In this document: positions 36,257 through 45,716 of the stretch, one piece after another
Layout: every line of letters begins with the position of its first letter
Numbering within the stretch: the first letter of the stretch is position 1
Origin: an uncultured Elusimicrobia bacterium
GTDB taxonomy: Bacteria; Elusimicrobiota; Elusimicrobia; Elusimicrobiales; UBA9959
Assembly (NCBI GenBank): GCA_903867985.1
Contig: CAIPTO010000029.1
Location: 65-64,064 of the forward strand
Direction of reading: 5' to 3'
Length of the DNA: 64,000 bases
The notes under the pieces: generated by a model
Databases searched by the model: none
What the model was told of the DNA's origin: nothing
Seen by the model: the letters and a program-made list of their open reading frames with translations, nothing else
Program-made: the position numbers and the translations under genes

Positions 36257-38020
36257 CTAAAAATCCGTCTTTGCCGTGGTCTTTAAGAGCGCCGAAAGGG
36301 CCATGTATTCCGCCATCTCGGCCTGCTTAAGCGAGCCCATGCGGCTCTTAAGCTCTTTCCTCTTGCGCTCCAGTGAAAGTCTGCGTATTGTTTCCGCGGC
36401 CTTGGCCGCGTTCTGGGGCGTGTTCATGTCCGGTCCCAGTTCTTCGACCGAGAGTTTCATGATAAGCGGGGCATATTCCGGGAAGAGTTCAATTAACCTG
36501 GAAATAGTTTTAGAAAGGTCAGAACCCTCCATGTCCCTGATGGCCGAAAATAGGCTTTTTGAAATAGGGCTCTGGAAGTCGGTCGCCGTCAGTTCTTTGG
36601 CTTGGGATATCAGTGAGGCGTCCTTTATCAGCAAATGGATAAATCCCTGCTCTATGGCCGGCACTTCCGGAAGTTTTGGGGTTTCAACTTCCCGATTTTT
36701 GCTGTCAGCGGGTCCGCTCACGGCGTAGACGGATTTTTTCTTAAGCTGTCGCAGAATAGATTCCTGGGTGACATCGAAACGGGTCGCCAGTGTTTTTACC
36801 CATTCGCTTTTTAGTATTTCATCGGTTTGCTTTACCACGGTGTCCAGGAGAGCCTCTATTATTTTGGCTTTATCCTGTGACGCCATGGCCCCCGTGCGGT
36901 TTCTCAATAGCGCTGAAATACGGAATTCCAGAGGGTCGGCGGCCTGCACTAGTTTGGCGTCAAAGGCTTCCCGGCCGTATTCGTTCAGGTATTCGTCCGG
37001 ATCCAGGCTTTCACCCAGGTCCGCAACTTTTACGTACATGCCGGCGTCCATAAATATATCCGAAGCTCTCACGGATGCTCTGATGCCGGCGTCGTCCGCG
37101 TCGAACATCAGGATGGTGTCCTTTGAATATCGTTTTATAAAAGCGGCGTGATCGGTTGACAGGGCCGTGCCAAGCGGCGCCACGGCGAATGTGACGCCGT
37201 GCTGGTGGGCGGCTATTACGTCCATATAGCCTTCCATGATCAGCATTCGCCCCTCTTTGCGGATTTGGGGCAGAGCTTCATAAATGCCGTAAAGGGTTCG
37301 CCGTTTTGAGAAAAGAGGGGTTTCGGGGGAATTGAGGTATTTGGGCTGCTGTCCGTCTTCCAGTGCCCGGCCCCCGAAAGCCGTTATATCTCCGGCTGCG
37401 TTGCGTATGGGGAACATCACACGGTTTCTGAAATAGTCCGAGACCAGTCCGTTTGCGCGCAGGGCGCCGAGCCCCGCCGTTACCATAAGTTCTTTTGAAA
37501 ATCCTTGCCGCGCAAGTTCAGAGGTAAGGGACTGTTCATCGGGCGGGGCGAAGCCGAGGCCGAAACACTCCACGGTCGCCTTGTTTATCTTCCTGCCTCC
37601 CAGATACAAGCGCACCTTTTCCCCATTGGAGGAAAACAGCAGTTTTTTGTAGAATTCGGCGGCTGCGGACATTATTTTTTTCAGGTCCAGGCGCTCGCGT
37701 TCCTTGGCGCTCAACTGATGATATTCTGTCTCTGTCCATTGTATGCCGGCTTTCTGGGCAAGTTTTTTCAGGGCCTCAACGAAAGTCAGGCCCTCTATCT
37801 TCATTACGAAAGTGAACATGTCTCCGCCCTCACTGCAGCCGAAGCAGTAGAAGAACTGCTTGTCCTGGCTGACATTAAAAGAGGGGGTTTTCTCGTTGTG
37901 AAAGGGGCAGACGGCCTTATAATTGCGGCCGGCTTTCCGGAGTTCTGGTATATAATCCCGCACAACATCCACAATGTCGAGTTTTTCCCTTATGGAATCT
38001 GAGATGCCGTGAGAATTCAT
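36257..38020 (-). CDS. dnaG: DNA primase
   Basis: The zinc ribbon [11 protein letters not shown]...CFGC is followed by a TOPRIM region (EGYMDVI, DADDAG). Confidence 0.95.
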   Translation of the reverse strand: MNSHGISDSIREKLDIVDVVRDYIPELRKAGRNYKAVCPFHNEKTPSFNVSQDKQFFYCFGCSEGGDMFTFVMKIEGLTFVEALKKLAQKAGIQWTETEYHQLSAKERERLDLKKIMSAAAEFYKKLLFSSNGEKVRLYLGGRKINKATVECFGLGFAPPDEQSLTSELARQGFSKELMVTAGLGALRANGLVSDYFRNRVMFPIRNAAGDITAFGGRALEDGQQPKYLNSPETPLFSKRRTLYGIYEALPQIRKEGRMLIMEGYMDVIAAHQHGVTFAVAPLGTALSTDHAAFIKRYSKDTILMFDADDAGIRASVRASDIFMDAGMYVKVADLGESLDPDEYLNEYGREAFDAKLVQAADPLEFRISALLRNRTGAMASQDKAKIIEALLDTVVKQTDEILKSEWVKTLATRFDVTQESILRQLKKKSVYAVSGPADSKNREVETPKLPEVPAIEQGFIHLLIKDASLISQAKELTATDFQSPISKSLFSAIRDMEGSDLSKTISRLIELFPEYAPLIMKLSVEELGPDMNTPQNAAKAAETIRRLSLERKRKELKSRMGSLKQAEMAEYMALSALLKTTAKTDF

Positions 38021-38079
38021 TATATATTGGCTGACTGTTTCGCGCTATCCTGGGCCGTTAAGTTTAAGCAAGGACGAGT

Positions 38080-38116
38080 AAAATGTCCCCGCGCCGCCTT
38101 GCGGAGCGCGGGGACA
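38080..38116 (-). terminator. Hairpin between rpsU and dnaG (attenuator-like)
   Basis: The 11-bp stem TGTCCCCGCGC/GCGCGGGGACA is followed by a short U run on the minus strand. Its position is analogous to the internal terminator of the E. coli rpsU-dnaG-rpoD operon. Confidence 0.5.
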
Positions 38117-38132
38117 AGGCAAGACCCCTGGG

Positions 38133-38327
38133 TTAGTAAGAAGGTCTTCTGTTCTTACGCAGCTTGCGTCGCATTTCCTCTGATTTCAGTTTTCTTTTCA
38201 GGCTGGGGGAAAGGTAATGCTCCCGGCGTTTAATCTCTTTCAGAATGCCTATTTTTTCGCATTCATGCTTAAAGCGCCTGAGGGCCTCCTCTATGTTTTC
38301 TTCATCTCTGAGTTTAATGAACACCAC
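38133..38327 (-). CDS. rpsU: 30S ribosomal protein S21
   Basis: IKLRDEENIEEALRRFKHECEKIGILKEIKRREHY is typical of S21. I chose the GTG start at 38327 because it follows the SD AAGGTGGTGA. Confidence 0.85.
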   Translation of the reverse strand: MVFIKLRDEENIEEALRRFKHECEKIGILKEIKRREHYLSPSLKRKLKSEEMRRKLRKNRRPSY

Positions 38328-38346
38328 AAATATCACCACCTTCTTT

Positions 38347-38437
38347 AGAGGGCTGGAGGATTGGAAGACTAGAGGACTGGTTAACAAGGACGAACCTTAT
38401 GTCGTCAGTCCTAAACATGTTGGTCTTACTTTCCTCT
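38347..38437. repeat. Intergenic element, GGAGGAYTGG word class
   Basis: The left arm is CTGGAGGA TTGGAAGA CTAGAGGA CTGG. The right arm CAGTCCT...GGTCTT...TTCCTCT is partly complementary. The words match those at 25885-25962. Confidence 0.6.
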
Positions 38438-38473
38438 TTTAAAATCTGGTCACACTGCCTGCATCAGCTGTTT

Positions 38474-38824
38474 TCATCCTGGAGGCCAGTTCATCTTGCG
38501 GCCTGCTAGCAGATGGTAGTGAAGATGGTCTACCGTCTGGCCGGCTTTGCGGCCGTTATTGGCTACGAGTCTGAAACTTTCGGCTACGCCCAGCTTCTCC
38601 GCTATTTCTTTGGCTGCGTACTGGAGTTTGCCCAGAAGTTGCACGTCTTCCGGTGTTGCTTCAGAGAGCCGGAGGATATGCTTCTTGGGGATGATTATAA
38701 TATGAGTGGGGGCCTGCGGATTTAAGTCCTGAAAGGCCGCCAAGTCATCCGTCTCATGCACGAATCTTGCGTTGATCTCGTGCTCCGCAATTTTGCAAAA
38801 AATGCATTCCGCCATCATTATCAC
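38474..38824 (-). CDS. HIT family (histidine triad) protein
   Basis: The HLHYHLL triad is present. The start is ambiguous (GTG 38824, ATG 38818 or ATG 38815). Confidence 0.85.
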   Translation of the reverse strand: MIMMAECIFCKIAEHEINARFVHETDDLAAFQDLNPQAPTHIIIIPKKHILRLSEATPEDVQLLGKLQYAAKEIAEKLGVAESFRLVANNGRKAGQTVDHLHYHLLAGRKMNWPPG

Positions 38825-38962
38825 TATATTTTATTAGTTTTGGAGGTATATAGCAAGCCAGCTCGAAGTTAGTGGCTGGCGGCGGGTGAAAGGTGATCAA
38901 CCGCGTATCAAAGTCACTGGCCTGAATCCTGCAGTTCAAGGCGCGTCTCATTAACTTTCAGG

Positions 38963-39550
38963 CTAGAACTCCGACAGGGGAAGTACGGATTCCTTAAACT
39001 TTCGGGGATTGAACTCCGATGGCAGCTTGGATTTAGAGCTTTTCCTTATCCTTACGGCCGCTACGCCCGCTTTGCGGGCCTGGATAATGTCCGCGTCCGA
39101 AGCGGCGAAATACAGAATGAAGGGTTTTTTTTCCAGGAATTCGTATTTCTGATTCTCATTCTCGGCGAAAAAGAAAATGTCGGCCAGCGGTTTCCATCTT
39201 TGGACCAGAGAGTCGGCGCCGGCCGGATCTCTCTGGCAGAGAATGTCAACTTTAAAGCCGAAGACCCTGAAAAACCAGGCGGCCATCCATGGCGCGGGTT
39301 TGGTGCGTTCAAGCTTGTAGGCGCGGTTAACTGCGTTCCAGTAATCCTTTGACCCAGGCTCTACTTTCTCGTCCAGAGCGCTCTGGAAGGCGGGCGTGGA
39401 AAAAACCAGGCCGTCGTCATATTCAAAGCCAACGCGAAGTCCCATAAGAGTGAAGACGCTGAAGAAAACCGCCCATGTCGCGGCCAGAAAAGAGAATATT
39501 TTTAGGCGCAAAAGCCACTTTTTTAGAAAACCATCCAGAGCCTGCAGCAT
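38963..39550 (-). CDS. Class B acid phosphatase (AphA)-like HAD protein with divergent catalytic motifs
   Basis: VGFEYDDGLVFSTPAF aligns with AphA VGFDIDDTVLFSSPGF. YFAASDADIIQARKAGVAAVRI aligns with [21 protein letters not shown]. The C-terminus LSEF aligns with NSEY. Confidence 0.6.
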   Translation of the reverse strand: MLQALDGFLKKWLLRLKIFSFLAATWAVFFSVFTLMGLRVGFEYDDGLVFSTPAFQSALDEKVEPGSKDYWNAVNRAYKLERTKPAPWMAAWFFRVFGFKVDILCQRDPAGADSLVQRWKPLADIFFFAENENQKYEFLEKKPFILYFAASDADIIQARKAGVAAVRIRKSSKSKLPSEFNPRKFKESVLPLSEF

Positions 39551-41124
39551 TATTGGGTCCTCGTTATCCTGATGAGATCAGGCTTCGGCGTCACCGTCTG
39601 ACGGGAAAAACACCAGCCAAGCACTTCCCTCAGGAACCGTTTAGAATTAGCGAACTCGGTCGCGCTGGCAAGCAGGGAATAATCCTTGTCGGTCACTATG
39701 GAGTCCGGGACCGCTATCCTGTAGATATGGTCCGGCTTTACCGGCGAGCCTTCAATCATCATCAATTCCACTGCCGGCCCGCGCATCCGGATTTCCATGC
39801 CGGAGACGCTGATATCGTCGGAGGCCGGTCCCTCCATCACCCTTTGCAGGTCGGAACCCCTGATCTTGACGAAAACCACACTGGTATCGAATGGGAGCAC
39901 CCTGTAGAGATCCCCGGTTGTCACGGGACCTTTTAAAATGTCTCCTCCCAGCACGGAATTGTTGATGATCGCGGCGTTTGATCTGGCCCAGCGTTTAACG
40001 CAATCGGCCGTGAAATTTCCCAGAGGGGAATCGACTACGCCGCTGTTAAGTTTTGCTGCGGAGAGTGATGCGGGGGAATTCTCCGACTTCCGGATGTCTG
40101 AGGCGGCCGTTCCCACGCGCTTTGAAAAAAGTTTTTGGATGAGGGCGCGCTGCCTGTTGACGGTTTCAAGAGTGGCCGCGTCCTCACCGTATTTATCCCT
40201 TTCAAGACGGATGTTTCTGGCCCCGACGCCCATGAGTCGGCCCGTGCCCGGCTCGAAAGAAAGCTCTATCCTGGCGGCGGACATGAGTTTTTGAGGTGCG
40301 GATACTATCCAGGTCCTGTTTACGCGCATCGGTTTTTTAATGCCGGGGTCGTCAGTTATAACCAAGTCCAACCGGGGAAGTTTCTCCAGGAAGGAGACGT
40401 AAAAATCCTTGGCGGCCTGCTTTTTGGGGTTAACGCTCAGGAGCAGTATTGTGACGCGCGCCCCGGCGTCTTTCAGAGATTTTACAGAACGCTCTATCTC
40501 ATAGCTTGCTTTTTCCAATTTGTAGTTGGACAGGTATCGCTGGGTATTGGCTTTGGCTGGTTCCATGATGGTAATAGCCAGGAAACCTATCCGTGTCCCG
40601 CCGGCAGAAACTATCTGCTGGCTTTTTATGAAAGGCGGCTTTTTGTTGTTTCGCAGGTAAAGATTTGAGGCCAGAACCGTAAACGATGAGACCCTGACCA
40701 ACTTTTCAAGGTCGGCCGGAGAAAGTACAAGGTCTTCCGGTCCCAAAGCGGAAACCGCGTAGGGGACGGTGTTCATGCAGGCGGCTACCGCTCCGCCCTT
40801 GGTCAAATATCCCTCAGGAGTATCGCTGAACCAGTTGCCCAGATCCACCGCTAGCTTTGGATTTTTTTCCCGGTCGTAAACTTTTCGAAAGACCGCGTAG
40901 CCTCCTGTTTTGCCTTTTTCGCTTCCGGAATCGGCCCCGGGCCTGGCCCAAAGCCAGCCCCCGGAGCGGGCGGTGGCGTATATGATTATTTTGTCTGTTT
41001 TAGTACAGGCTGAAAGTGAAAACAGCAGCAGGGCGGCGAGTGCCGGGCGGATTATCCCGCCGGACAAATACCCGCGTCGTCCGGACGATTTGGTGCGGAG
41101 TGTGTGTCGGATGATGTGTTTCAT
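39550..41124 (-). CDS. UshA-family 5'-nucleotidase paralogue lacking all metallophosphoesterase motifs (likely pseudoenzyme lipoprotein)
   Basis: The lipobox is LSAC. It aligns with the neighbouring gene, but DVHG becomes ARSG, SGDTFQG becomes LGNWFSD, GNHEYD becomes GPEDLV and GGHNH becomes ITDDP. The C-terminal LGNFTADCV is retained. Confidence 0.7.
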   Translation of the reverse strand: MKHIIRHTLRTKSSGRRGYLSGGIIRPALAALLLFSLSACTKTDKIIIYATARSGGWLWARPGADSGSEKGKTGGYAVFRKVYDREKNPKLAVDLGNWFSDTPEGYLTKGGAVAACMNTVPYAVSALGPEDLVLSPADLEKLVRVSSFTVLASNLYLRNNKKPPFIKSQQIVSAGGTRIGFLAITIMEPAKANTQRYLSNYKLEKASYEIERSVKSLKDAGARVTILLLSVNPKKQAAKDFYVSFLEKLPRLDLVITDDPGIKKPMRVNRTWIVSAPQKLMSAARIELSFEPGTGRLMGVGARNIRLERDKYGEDAATLETVNRQRALIQKLFSKRVGTAASDIRKSENSPASLSAAKLNSGVVDSPLGNFTADCVKRWARSNAAIINNSVLGGDILKGPVTTGDLYRVLPFDTSVVFVKIRGSDLQRVMEGPASDDISVSGMEIRMRGPAVELMMIEGSPVKPDHIYRIAVPDSIVTDKDYSLLASATEFANSKRFLREVLGWCFSRQTVTPKPDLIRITRTQ

Positions 41125-41160
41125 CTTTGAATAAGGTGTATCTCTGGCAGTCCCAGGCGC

Positions 41161-42726
41161 TTAGTTCTCCAGTTTTATAAATCTGGGGCCTGCCGGCAAC
41201 TTAAGCGGGGAGGTCTCTTTTATATCTTTTATCAGGAAATCTCTGACCGGGAGAGCCGTATCCGTGATATCCCTGCCTTCACTGAAAGTTCTTCCGCCGG
41301 ACCCTCCGCTGGTGAGATAATTATTCGTAACCACTGTGAATTCCGATTCCGGCGTTATAACCTTGCCGTATCTCTCCAGAATAAGATCCGTAATTTCACC
41401 TTCCGGGGATAGCCTGAATTTTGCCGTCAGACCGGACATCTGCATTTTGGCTTTGCCGCCGCCGAGATTGTATTTTATCAGTTTCTGAAGCTGCGCCCCG
41501 GTCATTTTCAGCGTTACGAGAGTGTTCTCAAAAGGCATAACCTGGTAGATGTCGCGCATTTTCAGGACGCCTTTCTTCATATCGGAGCGTATGCCTGCGG
41601 TGTTCTGGAAAGCTATCTCGGTGCCGGCCTGGCGTCGCATGGCGTCGGTCATCCAGTTGCCTATGGGGGAATTGAGGCCGTTAGCGTCAAAGCCCAGGTC
41701 GGCTTCGCTGCTTCCCAGCGGCATATCCATTTCCTTATTCACCGACACGCTGAACTTTTTTATGGTTTCAGTGACTTTCTGGTCTTCGCCGGTAGTGTCC
41801 GTCCAAAGCGGGATAAGCTCATCCTTGGCGCCTTTGAACTTTCCCGTGGCGTCATCGAATTCCAGATCTATCCTGCTGACATCGGTGAGCCCGAAGTAGC
41901 TTTCGGCGATCAGGACCCCGCTTTGGTCGTCGTGATAGCCTTTCAGGAGTCCGACATGATTGTGTCCGCCTATTACCACGTTGGCCCCTTTGGCCGCCCT
42001 GGCTATCGCCAGGGTTCCGTAGGAGGAGGTCTCAGCATCGGTGAATGTCCAGGTTGAAATATCAGTTTTTGGACCGACGCCTGCGCCGAATCCGAGATGG
42101 GCCAGAATTATTATGGCGTCCGGATTTAATTTTTTTACTTCCTCCGTCCACTTGGCGGCCTCCATATTTTCGTCCCTGAACTCAAGGTGCTTTACATAAA
42201 GCGGAAAAGTGGAGGTGCTCGTATGCCTGCCGGCGAGGCCGATTACGGCTATCTTTTTGCCGGCTTTTTCAATAATGGCGTAGGGCTTAAGGTAGGATGG
42301 CTCCTTGCCGGTTTCTTTTACATAAACATTAGCTCCCAGCCATGGGAAAGAAGACCCTGACAACATGAGCTTTAAGTTGTCTTCGTTGTAATCGTACTCA
42401 TGGTTCCCTACTGTCGCAGCCGAGTAGCCCAGCTGGTTCATCAGCGTGACGGAGGCAACGCCTCTGGTGAGGCTGCCTTCAGGAGTGCCCTGGAAGGTGT
42501 CGCCGGAATCAAGCAGTATATAGGGATTTTTTCCACGGTTGACGAGTGAGGAAAGAGCGGCGAAGCCTCCTATGGTGCGGGTGGAATTCTCTTTATCCCA
42601 TCTGGCGGGCCGCGCGGAGTACCATCCGTGAACATCGCTGGTGTGGTATACGGAGATGGTCAGGGCTGAAAGGTCGGGTCTGGGTGTAAGGGCTAAGAAT
42701 GCCAGGAAAAACAATACTTTTTTCAT
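41161..42726 (-). CDS. Bifunctional metallophosphatase/5'-nucleotidase (UshA family), secreted
   Basis: All motifs are intact: HTSDVHG, DSGDTFQG, GNHEYD, LAHLG and GGHNH. The C-terminal nucleotidase domain carries IGNWMTDAM. Confidence 0.85.
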   Translation of the reverse strand: MKKVLFFLAFLALTPRPDLSALTISVYHTSDVHGWYSARPARWDKENSTRTIGGFAALSSLVNRGKNPYILLDSGDTFQGTPEGSLTRGVASVTLMNQLGYSAATVGNHEYDYNEDNLKLMLSGSSFPWLGANVYVKETGKEPSYLKPYAIIEKAGKKIAVIGLAGRHTSTSTFPLYVKHLEFRDENMEAAKWTEEVKKLNPDAIIILAHLGFGAGVGPKTDISTWTFTDAETSSYGTLAIARAAKGANVVIGGHNHVGLLKGYHDDQSGVLIAESYFGLTDVSRIDLEFDDATGKFKGAKDELIPLWTDTTGEDQKVTETIKKFSVSVNKEMDMPLGSSEADLGFDANGLNSPIGNWMTDAMRRQAGTEIAFQNTAGIRSDMKKGVLKMRDIYQVMPFENTLVTLKMTGAQLQKLIKYNLGGGKAKMQMSGLTAKFRLSPEGEITDLILERYGKVITPESEFTVVTNNYLTSGGSGGRTFSEGRDITDTALPVRDFLIKDIKETSPLKLPAGPRFIKLEN

Positions 42727-42784
42727 TATATCACCTTATGTAAATTAGGAATCAGACTACATCCTACTAAATTTCAGGGCGCCA

Positions 42785-42823
42785 AATAAAAACGCGGGAA
42801 GGTTTTGCCTTCCCGCGTTCTTT
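42785..42823 (-). terminator. Intrinsic terminator after rpsI
   Basis: The stem AACGCGGGAAGG/CCTTCCCGCGTT is followed by a U-tract on the minus strand. Confidence 0.75.
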
Positions 42824-42839
42824 GCGCTCGAAGCGTAGA

Positions 42840-43235
42840 TTAACGCTTTGAGAACTGGAATCTCTTTCTGGCTTTCGGCTGGCCGGGTTTCTTTCTTTCC
42901 ACCATTCTGGGGTCCCTGGTCAGGAAACCGGCTTTCTTCATAGATGAATGGAAGCTGTCTCCGAGGCTGGCTATAGCGCGGGCCACGCCGTGACGTATGG
43001 CGCCGGCCTGGCTGGCGAGTCCGCCGCCGTTGACTTTGGCTATGCAGTCAAATTTCTGGTCTTTGGCAAGATCAAAGGGAGAAGTAATAACATACCTCAG
43101 GCGGGGATTGTTGCCGAAGTAAACTTCCGGGGTTTTTGTATTGACGGTTACTTTGCCTTCTCCGCCCTGGACCAATTTTACTTGGGCCACGGAAGTCTTA
43201 CGTCTGCCTGTCGCCGTTATAATGTTTTTATCCAT
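42840..43235 (-). CDS. rpsI: 30S ribosomal protein S9
   Basis: GGGLASQAGAIRHGVARA is present, and the C-terminal KARKRFQFSKR is typical of S9. Confidence 0.95.
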   Translation of the reverse strand: MDKNIITATGRRKTSVAQVKLVQGGEGKVTVNTKTPEVYFGNNPRLRYVITSPFDLAKDQKFDCIAKVNGGGLASQAGAIRHGVARAIASLGDSFHSSMKKAGFLTRDPRMVERKKPGQPKARKRFQFSKR

Positions 43236-43240
43236 AAAAA

Positions 43241-43690
43241 TTATCCTTTTATGACTGACGCTTTTCTGTCGTTTTTAGTTCCGTACTGGTCCTGTTCTCC
43301 CACGAACATCTTGAGCCTCTTCATGCGGCCGTGGCGCAGTTTGTTCGAGTCGAGCATACGTTTGACGGCGAGCTCAAGAACCTTGGTGGGGTCCTTTTCC
43401 ATCTGTCTTTTGTAGGGAATGGTTTTCGCGCCGGCGGCGTAGCCGGAGTGGCGGAAGTAGAACTTATCCTCTTCCTTGTTGCCGGTAACTTTTACTTTGG
43501 CCACATTTGTGACCACGACGAAGTCTCCGCCGTCCATGGTAGGGGTATAGGTCCGTTTATGTTTGCCGATGAGCAGGATGGCGATTTTTGAGGCGAGCCT
43601 GCCGAGGATCTGTTCTGTGGCATCGAAATAATGCCATTTCCTGGTTGTGTCCACTTCTTTGGCACTGGGTAAAGTTGTTTTTTGTATCAT
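43241..43690 (-). CDS. rplM: 50S ribosomal protein L13
   Basis: RKWHYFDATEQILGRLAS is the L13 N-terminal signature. I chose the ATG at 43690. Confidence 0.95.
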   Translation of the reverse strand: MIQKTTLPSAKEVDTTRKWHYFDATEQILGRLASKIAILLIGKHKRTYTPTMDGGDFVVVTNVAKVKVTGNKEEDKFYFRHSGYAAGAKTIPYKRQMEKDPTKVLELAVKRMLDSNKLRHGRMKRLKMFVGEQDQYGTKNDRKASVIKG

Positions 43691-43730
43691 AGTACACAAT
43701 TGTAACAATTTTTCCGCCTGATGTAAACTT

Positions 43731-45716
43731 TTATTCGCCGTTCCAGATTTTTCCCTGATTGCAGAAGCGTTTTTTCGCTATCCCGCCTGAGCCGAAAAAA
43801 TCCGTGCTCCTGGTCAGTTCGGAGATCCCTGGGTCGCCGGCCCGGTAGCGTTCGATATATGTGGACAGCGTAGATGCCTCGGAGGAGCAGGTGGGGGGAG
43901 GGAAGTAACACAGGAAATATTTAACGCTCCGCTGCATCTTCAGAAGTCTTATGTCGCAAGGCGCTGAGCGGAGAACGTCGTCGGGGCAATCGGTCGCCTT
44001 CATAAGCCACATGTATTCCGACTCCGATATCTCTCTGAAGCCGGCGCTCATCAGCTTCTCGGCCTCGGCTGTGAGCTTCTCCTCTTCCGGGGTCGCAACG
44101 GCCTCATAATGCATAAGCCAGGTCTTTTCGCCTGTGAGCGCCAGCCAGTAGGCCTGCATTCCTTCCACTGTCAGGCGTCCGCCCGGGTCATAAACAGGGA
44201 GTCCCTTAAGGTCGCGCAGGGTGAATATATCACGCAGCGTTATGCCTTTTTTTTCAAAAAAAATGATGGCGTCGCGGGTCAGGTAGCTTTGGTAACTCTT
44301 AAAGCCGGTCAGTGTCAGAATGAGTCTGACGCCGTACTTTTCCTGCTTCTCTAATATAAGGCCGTTGGTGTAAACGGTCTTGGCGCGCAGATAATCCACG
44401 GCCCCGTTGCGCTCGGCGCGGTGTATGGCGCTGAGCAGCTTGAGATCCTCAGGAGAAGCGGCGGTTTTTTTATCATCAGCCTCTCCGCGATCCCGCAGTT
44501 CGTCCAGCAGTTGGCTATTGGAAAGGAGATTGAAATTTATCTTATCCAGGCGTTCCCGCGCTTTAGCGTTGCCTGGTTCGGCTTTCAGCATCCGGGCGTA
44601 GAGGTCAGCGGCTGTCTTCAGGTCGGCCTTGGCCTCGCAGGCCTCTGCCAGTCCTAATATGGCGTTGAGATCGTTCTTGTTAATCTCCAGGGCTCTGGTG
44701 TAATGCTGGACGGCTTTGGGTATATCGTTCAGCTTAAAATAGGTCTGGGCGGTCTTCAGATGGCAGAAGGCCGTCATTGGATCATTCACTCCGAGTAACG
44801 CGGCAGCGCTCTGGTATTCTTCAATTGCCACGGTGTATTTTCCGAGACGCAGCAGATATGCCGCCCGATCTATTTTTATCTGCGGATTCCGCGGCGCCAG
44901 CGCCGAACATTCCGCCAGCTTGTTTTCAATTTTTATTATGTCGCCGCTCTTTTTAAGGTTTTCGGCGTCTTTCTTGCAGGCTTCAAAGAGTTTTTTCGGC
45001 GCGGCGGGTTCTGACGGCTTGGCGGGGGTTTTAATTGGCGCCGGTTTTTTGGCCGGCCTGGCAGCCAGTTTTTCTATTTTTCCTATAGTCAGTTCGTAGT
45101 AAATATGCGCGTCAAGATCCTTTGCGGTTTCTATCAGGCTAAGTGACTTGCGGTAGTTTTTAAGGGCGGCCTCGTCATCCTTGAGGCGTTCGTGTTCGGC
45201 GGCCAGGTAATAATATGCTTTATAGTTGTCCGGAGAAAGCTCCGCTCCCTGAGTCAGCGTGGCAACGGCCCTTGCCCCATCGCCGCCGGCGGAGTATGTC
45301 AGGCCGAGTTCCCGGTAGACAGGCCAGGAAGTGGGATCCAGCGCTCTGGCTTTTTTGCAGTTGGAAAGGGCTTGCGGAAGCTGTCCGGCGCCTCTGAATA
45401 ATTTGCAGAAGCCCAGGTAATAAATATATTCGTCGGATTTCTTGGCGGAGGCTTTGGTCGTTATTTGTTGGAGGGCCGCAGCGTGTGTTGAAGGTCCGTC
45501 AGGCAATATTTCCAGAGCGTAAGCGTACAGGTCCTTGTCAAAGAGGTTCTTGTCCAGGGCTGTAAGGCAGACCTCAAGCGCTTTGGCAGTGGAGCCCTGC
45601 TGGTAATATCCGGCGGCTTCCTGCAGCGCCGGCGTGTCACCTGCGGCGCCCCATCCGTGATTTATCAAAGGCGGGGCAAGCATCAGGACGCACGCGATCA
45701 AAGTCTTTCGGCGCAT
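43731..45716 (-). CDS. Secreted TPR-repeat protein
   Basis: A signal peptide is followed by multiple TPR-like repeats. Its start overlaps the dcd stop (TAATG). Confidence 0.65.
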   Translation of the reverse strand: MRRKTLIACVLMLAPPLINHGWGAAGDTPALQEAAGYYQQGSTAKALEVCLTALDKNLFDKDLYAYALEILPDGPSTHAAALQQITTKASAKKSDEYIYYLGFCKLFRGAGQLPQALSNCKKARALDPTSWPVYRELGLTYSAGGDGARAVATLTQGAELSPDNYKAYYYLAAEHERLKDDEAALKNYRKSLSLIETAKDLDAHIYYELTIGKIEKLAARPAKKPAPIKTPAKPSEPAAPKKLFEACKKDAENLKKSGDIIKIENKLAECSALAPRNPQIKIDRAAYLLRLGKYTVAIEEYQSAAALLGVNDPMTAFCHLKTAQTYFKLNDIPKAVQHYTRALEINKNDLNAILGLAEACEAKADLKTAADLYARMLKAEPGNAKARERLDKINFNLLSNSQLLDELRDRGEADDKKTAASPEDLKLLSAIHRAERNGAVDYLRAKTVYTNGLILEKQEKYGVRLILTLTGFKSYQSYLTRDAIIFFEKKGITLRDIFTLRDLKGLPVYDPGGRLTVEGMQAYWLALTGEKTWLMHYEAVATPEEEKLTAEAEKLMSAGFREISESEYMWLMKATDCPDDVLRSAPCDIRLLKMQRSVKYFLCYFPPPTCSSEASTLSTYIERYRAGDPGISELTRSTDFFGSGGIAKKRFCNQGKIWNGE

